From: a virus
Taxonomy: Duplodnaviria > Caudoviricetes
Length of the DNA: 64,000 nucleotides
Reading direction: 5' to 3' (one strand)
Virus record (IMG/VR): IMGVR_UViG_2930578203_000001
Coordinates: 32,001-96,000 of that record
Below are positions 57,963 to 64,000 of the stretch, piece by piece. The notes under the pieces were generated by a model, which saw only the letters and a program-made list of their open reading frames with translations, did no database searches and was not told the origin of the DNA. Within the stretch, counting starts at the first letter, position 1. Every line of letters starts with the position of its first letter. Made by a program: the position numbers and the translations under genes.

Positions 57963-58063
57963 CCCCTCGCGGCAGCGCGCGACGCAAGCCCTCACGGCTT
58001 GTCACTGTCCGCGCGCTGCCGCACCACCGCGACTCAGCTACGCAGACACGAGAGGTCACGCAC

Positions 58064-58588
58064 ATGTCGTTCGTCATCGACCTGGACGCCGAACGCCGCG
58101 AGGTTCAGTACCCCGACGGTATCCCGGTCAAGTTCGGCGGAGAGCAGTTCATCTTCCCCGCGGAGTTGCCGGCCGAAGCCCTCGATCCGATCCTGTCGGA
58201 CGAGTTGGACCTGGTCGGCCTCCTCGGTGACGTCATCGACTCCGCCGACGGCGACGCCGGTATCTCCGAAGTCGTCACCGCCCTGTTCCGGCGCCCGTCC
58301 CTGCCGCGGAAGTTCCTCGCCGCGATCCGGGAGACGTACGCGATCCTCCTCCGTGACCAGCACGAGGACTTCCTCAAGCAGCGCCCGTACATCGGCGACT
58401 ACGTCCGCCTGACGACCGCCCTGACTCGCGTCTACGGGGTTGAGCTGGGGAAACTCTTTCGGTCGGTCGGCTCCTCCGCGAACGATTCGCAGACGTCGAA
58501 TCCGACCTCTCCCGCTACCACGGCATCGACGCCCGACGCGTCTGGCTCCGACCAGGACAGCGCGGATTCCTCGGAGTCCGACGGCTGA
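58064..58588 (+). CDS. Tail assembly chaperone (G)
   Basis: Position between tube and TMP; slippery GGGGAAA at 58447-58453. Confidence 0.8.
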   Translation: MSFVIDLDAERREVQYPDGIPVKFGGEQFIFPAELPAEALDPILSDELDLVGLLGDVIDSADGDAGISEVVTALFRRPSLPRKFLAAIRETYAILLRDQHEDFLKQRPYIGDYVRLTTALTRVYGVELGKLFRSVGSSANDSQTSNPTSPATTASTPDASGSDQDSADSSESDG

Positions 58589-58896
58589 TCTCCCTCGTCG
58601 ACGGACTGCCAGACGGCTCCCGGGTCCGCTCCGCCCCCGTCGGGGGCTGGACCAAGGTCCTGGAACTTCTGGCGCTGATCGTCGACGAGGTCGGGCTCCT
58701 GGCCGCAGACAAGCGGCGTGAGGAGCCGACCCACGTCATCCGCCCGCCTCGCTCCAGCGAGGGCGCCGCACGCCAGCGCAGCGGTTCCGCACCGCAGGCA
58801 GCGCAGCCCGCCCCGGAGCAGCAGGCGCCCCGCATGACCGGCCACCGGCAAATGCTCGCGGCCGCCATGCAGAGAGGAATGGTCCGAAGTGGCTGA
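58444..58896 (+). CDS. Tail assembly chaperone -1 frameshift extension (T part of GT)
   Basis: The -1 frame is open from the slippery site (ERFADVESDLSRYHGID...RRLISLVDGLPDGS) to TGA 58896 and has no early start codon of its own. Confidence 0.8.
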   Translation, partial: AGETLSVGRLLRERFADVESDLSRYHGIDARRVWLRPGQRGFLGVRRLISLVDGLPDGSRVRSAPVGGWTKVLELLALIVDEVGLLAADKRREEPTHVIRPPRSSEGAARQRSGSAPQAAQPAPEQQAPRMTGHRQMLAAAMQRGMVRSG

Positions 58897-61800
58897 GGGC
58901 CTGCAGGCCGGTCGCCTCGACGTGCCGGTCGTTGCTGACCTTGCAGGCTTCGCCGCGAAGCTCCGCACCGAGGTTGAGTCGGCCGCCGAGGGACTGGCCG
59001 CCAAGATCAAGGTTGAGATCGACTCCAAGGGCCTCAAGCGCCGCTTGAAGGAGGTCGTCAAGGAGGCGTCCAAGGGCGTCTCCGCCACCGTCCGCGTCAA
59101 GGTCGACGAGGAGCGGTTCCGCGCCGATCTAGACGGCATCCGTCGCCGTCTCGATGACGCAAACCTCAACCTCCCTGTGCGCCCCAGTGTTGACGGGGAT
59201 GGAGAGCGAAGCGGCGGACTGCTCAGCGGACTGCGAAACCTGGTCACCGGCGCCCAGGGCGAGGCCGACCGGAACCCGGTCAACGTGCCGGTCCAGATAC
59301 GCCTGCCCGGCCGCGGCCGGGGCCTGCGCATGCTCGGCGTCGGCGCAATCGTCTCCCTCCTACAGCCCGCGGTCGCCCTCATCGGCCAGTACGGCGCCGG
59401 CCTGACCGCGCTCGTATCGGCGGCCGCGCCCGCGGTCGGTGTCCTTGGTGCGATACCCGGGCTGATCACCGCGGCGGGCACCGCAGCGATCGGCACGAAG
59501 ATCGCGTTCAAAGGCTTCGGTGAAGCGCTCAAGCAGTCGAACGCGGCGCAGCAGATGCTCGCCACGGACGGCAAGGTCACCGAGGCCCAGCAGAAGAAGC
59601 TCAAGGAGGCACTGGACAAGCTCTCCCCTTCAGCCCGCGACGCGGTCAAGGCCGTTTCGTCGCTGCAAGGAGCGTGGAGCAAGGTCCGCATGTCCGTCAG
59701 CGACCGTTTCTTCTCCAAGGTCGCCGACGACATCAAGCCCCTGGCGAAGACCGTCTTCCCGCTCCTCGAAGACGCCCTCGGCGACTCCGCGTCGCAGATG
59801 GGCTCCTTGGGGGAGCGCGCCGCGAAGGCGATGCAAAGCGGCCCGTTCCGCAAGGACTTCAAGACCGTCGCGTCCTCGAACTCGCGGGTCATCGGCCACC
59901 TGACAGATGGCATCGCCAACATGGCCGGCGCCACCGGGGACTTCCTCGTGGCCAGCGGCCCGTTCGTCGAGCGGGTCGCGCGTGGCGGTGAACGGCTGAC
60001 GCAGTGGGTCAGGGCCTCCGTGAAGGCCGGCCGGGAAACCGGCAGCCTCGCGAAGTTCCTGGACCACGCCGGAGACAAGGCCGCGCAGCTCGGACGGACC
60101 ACCGGCAGCCTCATCCGAGGACTTGGCGGTGTCGGCCGCGCGGCCATGGACACCGGCAACGCGCTGCTCAACGGTCTCGAAGGGAGCATGCTCCGGTTCG
60201 AGCGCTGGGCCAACTCGGGCGTCGGCCAGCGCGCCATGCAGCAGTTCTTTTCGGATGCTGCGCCCGTGTTCCACGAGGTCAACGCCTTGTTCGGCGACCT
60301 CATGCGCGGGATGGGCCGGTCCATGAAGGACGGCGGCATTCTCGACCTGGTCCGCCAGATCCGAACCGAACTGATGCCGGCCTTGGGCACCTTCTTCAAC
60401 GCCCTCGGTCAGACCGTCGGTCCGGCGATCATCTCAGTCATCTCGAACATCGCTACGGCGATCGGGAACCTCTCCGCGGCCGGGTCCGGGCTCGGCGTAC
60501 TGCTCGTGGCGTTCAGCGGCCTGCTCGAGGTCTTCAACACGCTCATGAGCATCATCCCCGGTGCGAACACCGTACTGGCTACCTTCCTCGGCACGATGCT
60601 CGCCCTCAAGGTGATCAGTGGCGTCGTCGGCATGCTGGGCCGCTTCGGTACCTCCGTCGCAGCCGCGGGAACGTCCGCACGCACGCTCGGCACCACCATG
60701 CGCGGAAGCCTGGGCCCCGGTGTCATGGGCCCTCAGATCACCACATGGCAGCGCATGGGCCTCGCCTACCAGGGCGCGGCAACACAGGGAAACCGCCTGT
60801 CCGGCGCCATGCGCGGAATCGGCGCGGCCAACCGCGTCGCCTCCCGAGCCATCGGCGGCATCACCTCTGCGCTCGGCGGGCCGCTCGGTATCGCGCTCAT
60901 CGGCGTCACTATCGGGCTCGGCCTGCTTGCCTCACGGCAGGAAGAGGCCGCCCGCGCCACCCAGGCGCACCAGGAGCGGGTGAAGTCGCTGACGGACGCA
61001 CTGGTCGCGTCCGGCGGGGCGATCGACGCCAACGTGAGGGCCCAGGCCGCCCAGCTACTCCAAGACACGGAGCTCGCCGACGGCAAGGGCAAGCTGGTCG
61101 ACAGTGTCCGCGAGGCAGGCGTCAGCCTCGGCGATCTGACGAACGCGTACCTCGGGCAGGGCACGTCCCTCGGTGATCTGCAGAAGAAGCTCCAGGAGAC
61201 AGCCGACGCGCACAAGGTGTGGGTCCGAACCGCGACCGGCGCCGCACAAGCATGGGACGACGAGGGCCTCGCCGCGATCCGGGCCCGGGACGCCATCGGC
61301 ACCGTGAAGGGCGAACTCCAGGACAGCCAGAAGAAGCATAAGGAACTCGCCAACGCCATCAACAACTCCGGCACCACCGGCACCGATGCGTACGGCCGGC
61401 TCCAGTCCGCCGTGACGACATTCAGCGACAAGACAAAGTCCGCGGACGAACGTGTCGATGCCCTCAAACGGGCTCTGGACGCACTGAACGGCAACACCCA
61501 GAGCTTCCATGACGCTGAGGCCCAGCTCAACGCTGTGATGCTGCAGATCGACGACACGATGAAGTCGAACATCGAGAAGGCCGATGGCTGGGGCAAGGCG
61601 TTGGTCGCCAACGACGGTCTGGTCAACACCACGACCAAGAACGGCCAGAACCTGAACGGTCAGCTCACGGAGCTGCGCGACGGCATGCTCGGAGTGGCGA
61701 CCCGGGCGCAGGAAGCTGCGGAACAGGGCCTGATGCCCATGTCCACCGCGATGGACAAGAGCCAGGAGGCGATGGAGCGGGCCCGCGCGAAGGCCATCCA

Positions 61801-62935
61801 ACTCGCCACGGACATGGGCATCCCGAAGGCTCAAGCCAAGGCACTCGCCGATCAGATGGGGTTCGTCCCGGACACCATCACCACCCTGGTCACCGCAACG
61901 GGCATCCCGGCGGCGACCGCCGAAATCCTCGCCCTGCGCGGCAAGCTGGAGAGCATTCCGCCGGGCAAGGGCATCCAGATCAAGGCACCCACCATCGAGG
62001 CCCGCACACAGCTCGAGGCCCTCGGCTTCACCGTGCAGCGAATCCCCGGCAGCAAGAACGTCTCAGTCACCGCCCCGACCGGCGGCGCGCGCGTGAACAT
62101 CTCCGCCCTGGCCCAGGACATCGCCAACGCGCCGGACAAGAAGAAGGTCACCGTCCAGGCGATCATCAAGCAGGCCGCTGGCGACCTGAAGAACGTCCAG
62201 GAGAAGGTGGCGGGCCTACCCAAGGGCAAGAGCATCGACGTCAAGGCGCCCACTAAGACCGCGCAACAGGCGTTGAAGGATCTCGGCTACAAGATCAAGA
62301 CGGTCGACGGCTCCAACGGCAAGACGGTCCGGATCACCGCCCCGACGAAGACTCCGCTCGCGAACGTGCAGTCCATCCAGCGGGCGATCAACGGCCTTAC
62401 CGGCAGGACCATCAACGTCACGGTGCAGTACAGCGAGTCGGGCAAGCCGTCTGTTGTCAGGACGCACGCGGACGGCGGGATCGTCCACTACGCCAACGGT
62501 GGCATCCGCGCGGCTACCAACCGAATCAAGGCGTTCGCGGCCGGCGCTGAGCGGCACATCGCACAGATCGGAAGACCGGGCGAAATACGCATATGGAATG
62601 AACCAGAGACTCATGGGGAGGCTTACCTCCCTTTGGCCCCCAGCAAGCGCAAGCGCAGCAAGGCCATCCTCGAGCGCGTTGCGGAGATGTTCGGCGGCCA
62701 GGTCGTGTACTTCGCGCAGGGCGCCCTTCGCCAGTACGCGAACGGCGCGGTGCGCTCCACCACGGCGAGCGCGCCCCGTTCCCGGGCGACCGCTTCACCG
62801 GCCGCCGCGGCACTCGTCGGCGGCGACCTCAACCTGACCATGACCGGCGCACCCATGACCCCGGGCGCGGCCCTGAGCGACGCTCTGTTCGAGCTGCGCC
62901 GTATCCGCCGAGGAGGCTCACATGCCACTCCGTGA
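58889..62935 (+). CDS. Tape measure protein
   Basis: 1,348 aa, Ala/Gly-rich helical; AGRLDVPV N-terminus; HADGG/EPETHGEAYLPL C-terminus. Confidence 0.92.
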   Translation: MAEGLQAGRLDVPVVADLAGFAAKLRTEVESAAEGLAAKIKVEIDSKGLKRRLKEVVKEASKGVSATVRVKVDEERFRADLDGIRRRLDDANLNLPVRPSVDGDGERSGGLLSGLRNLVTGAQGEADRNPVNVPVQIRLPGRGRGLRMLGVGAIVSLLQPAVALIGQYGAGLTALVSAAAPAVGVLGAIPGLITAAGTAAIGTKIAFKGFGEALKQSNAAQQMLATDGKVTEAQQKKLKEALDKLSPSARDAVKAVSSLQGAWSKVRMSVSDRFFSKVADDIKPLAKTVFPLLEDALGDSASQMGSLGERAAKAMQSGPFRKDFKTVASSNSRVIGHLTDGIANMAGATGDFLVASGPFVERVARGGERLTQWVRASVKAGRETGSLAKFLDHAGDKAAQLGRTTGSLIRGLGGVGRAAMDTGNALLNGLEGSMLRFERWANSGVGQRAMQQFFSDAAPVFHEVNALFGDLMRGMGRSMKDGGILDLVRQIRTELMPALGTFFNALGQTVGPAIISVISNIATAIGNLSAAGSGLGVLLVAFSGLLEVFNTLMSIIPGANTVLATFLGTMLALKVISGVVGMLGRFGTSVAAAGTSARTLGTTMRGSLGPGVMGPQITTWQRMGLAYQGAATQGNRLSGAMRGIGAANRVASRAIGGITSALGGPLGIALIGVTIGLGLLASRQEEAARATQAHQERVKSLTDALVASGGAIDANVRAQAAQLLQDTELADGKGKLVDSVREAGVSLGDLTNAYLGQGTSLGDLQKKLQETADAHKVWVRTATGAAQAWDDEGLAAIRARDAIGTVKGELQDSQKKHKELANAINNSGTTGTDAYGRLQSAVTTFSDKTKSADERVDALKRALDALNGNTQSFHDAEAQLNAVMLQIDDTMKSNIEKADGWGKALVANDGLVNTTTKNGQNLNGQLTELRDGMLGVATRAQEAAEQGLMPMSTAMDKSQEAMERARAKAIQLATDMGIPKAQAKALADQMGFVPDTITTLVTATGIPAATAEILALRGKLESIPPGKGIQIKAPTIEARTQLEALGFTVQRIPGSKNVSVTAPTGGARVNISALAQDIANAPDKKKVTVQAIIKQAAGDLKNVQEKVAGLPKGKSIDVKAPTKTAQQALKDLGYKIKTVDGSNGKTVRITAPTKTPLANVQSIQRAINGLTGRTINVTVQYSESGKPSVVRTHADGGIVHYANGGIRAATNRIKAFAAGAERHIAQIGRPGEIRIWNEPETHGEAYLPLAPSKRKRSKAILERVAEMFGGQVVYFAQGALRQYANGAVRSTTASAPRSRATASPAAAALVGGDLNLTMTGAPMTPGAALSDALFELRRIRRGGSHATP

Positions 62936-63866
62936 GGGCGAATGGAACCTCTCCTACAGCGCCAACGGGGTTCACCCGGCGGCCAACTTCACCTTCGGCA
63001 CGATCGGGTCCGGCTACTACCTGTTGGAGCCGTACGAGATCACCTACGCCGACGTCGACACCGGGGACACCCCTATGCCGCGCGAGGACGGGGCCCGGTT
63101 CGGCGAGGACTACCGCGGCCAAGCCACCGTCACCTTCGAGGTGGGCGTGGACACCGTCGACGACGCCGCGAACATGCTCGGCCGCCACGCTGCCAACCTG
63201 GACGCGGTCTCGGTTATGGGGCAGGCCTGGGACGGCAAGGCAGTCCGCAAGCGGATGGCAACCCCGGCGGTGCTGCGCACCACCCAGGGCGGCCGGCCGC
63301 GCCGCTTCTACGGCCGCCCCCGCAAGTTCGCTCCCGCCGGGTCCAGGCTCACCCGCCAGGGGTACACGCCGGTCGTGGCCACGTTCGTGTGCGTCGATGA
63401 CACCGCGTACGACGACACCGAGCAGACGCTCCGTGTTGACCTCAATCCGCCGCCGCATCGCGGGCTCGTTGGGCCGCTTGCGGAGCCGCTGTCGATGACA
63501 GGGCAGGGAGCGACCAAGGTGCCGGGCGAGGCAGTCATCGGGGGGAAGAGTCCCACCTGGCCCGTCATCAGGTTCTACGGGCCGATCAGCAATCCGACGT
63601 GCGAGGTTGTCGGCGGCTGGAAGCTTACGTTCAGTGGCCTGACGCTGGGCGCCGGACAGTACGTCACCGTCGACCCGCGGCCATGGGCTCGGACCGTCCT
63701 GCGGAACAGCGGGGCGTCCGTCGCGGGCGACATCACCCGCGGCTCTCCTCGACTGCAGGACCTGCTCCTGCCCGTGGGACGGCACGACTTCGTCCTCCGC
63801 GGGACCGACCCCACCGGCACGGCGTACATGACGATCGCCTGGCGCGACGCCTACCCCTACCTGTGA
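62922..63866 (+). CDS. Distal tail / minor tail protein
   Basis: Follows the TMP; DG.RFGEDY, FYGRPR, WPVIRFYGP, WRDAY. Confidence 0.8.
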   Translation: MPLREGEWNLSYSANGVHPAANFTFGTIGSGYYLLEPYEITYADVDTGDTPMPREDGARFGEDYRGQATVTFEVGVDTVDDAANMLGRHAANLDAVSVMGQAWDGKAVRKRMATPAVLRTTQGGRPRRFYGRPRKFAPAGSRLTRQGYTPVVATFVCVDDTAYDDTEQTLRVDLNPPPHRGLVGPLAEPLSMTGQGATKVPGEAVIGGKSPTWPVIRFYGPISNPTCEVVGGWKLTFSGLTLGAGQYVTVDPRPWARTVLRNSGASVAGDITRGSPRLQDLLLPVGRHDFVLRGTDPTGTAYMTIAWRDAYPYL

Positions 63867-63950
63867 CCCGGGAGCCCCGGCAGGGCGCGACGTTAAGGCC
63901 CGCCGGGGGTGAGCCTCCGCTGTCCATCAACAGCAGCGGAGGTAAAACAC

Positions 63951-64000
63951 ATGGCGTGGGATTCAGTGCCCTGGTTCACCGAGGGCGGCGCCGAGCACAG
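63951..64000 (+). CDS. Next tail gene, partial (MAWDSVPWFTEGGAEH...)
   Basis: GGAGG RBS; promoter-like motif at 63886; runs off the window. Confidence 0.65.
   Translation, partial: MAWDSVPWFTEGGAEH

Noticed and set aside
1-64000. tRNA, rRNA or CRISPR loci
   Set aside because: None recognised by eye; tRNAscan-SE or Infernal would be needed to exclude them formally.

Overview
High-GC actinobacterial (Streptomyces-like) temperate siphovirus or phage-plasmid segment, open at both ends. Left arm (1-11.6 kb): Cre-like tyrosine recombinase, a HEPN-like/Zn-ribbon gene, small early genes (RusA-like resolvase, Pnk-type HAD phosphatase) and a TraB-type FtsK conjugation translocase with an Spd-like neighbour. 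11.7-23.5 kb is accessory cargo: an HTH-TPR regulator with GNAT and GGCT genes, a divergent ATPase/DUF6415 operon, a TauD-like dioxygenase, GT2, an IS5-disrupted nucleotide-sugar dehydrogenase, a possible ART-fold protein and GT4. 24-64 kb is the virion module: portal-MuF fusion, a ~5,680-aa DarB-like methyltransferase-helicase polyvalent protein, protease-Nudix fusion, HK97-type capsid, neck genes, tail tube, frameshifted tail chaperone, tape measure and distal tail. Most notable observations: (i) a low-GC three-gene insert after the capsid gene (minimal PEP-utilising phosphotransferase, receiver-like 2TM protein, dTMP-kinase-like protein), a candidate undescribed defence/signalling system; (ii) a TnpV-like gene nested in another frame inside the giant ORF; (iii) a peptide motif shared by the protease C-terminus and the giant protein, plus recurring E-x-K-(A/S) sites, suggesting a capsid cargo-loading and processing code; (iv) a repeated CGCGAC-N18/19-CANNNT late-promoter motif. 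All family assignments come from motifs recognised by eye; no searches were run.
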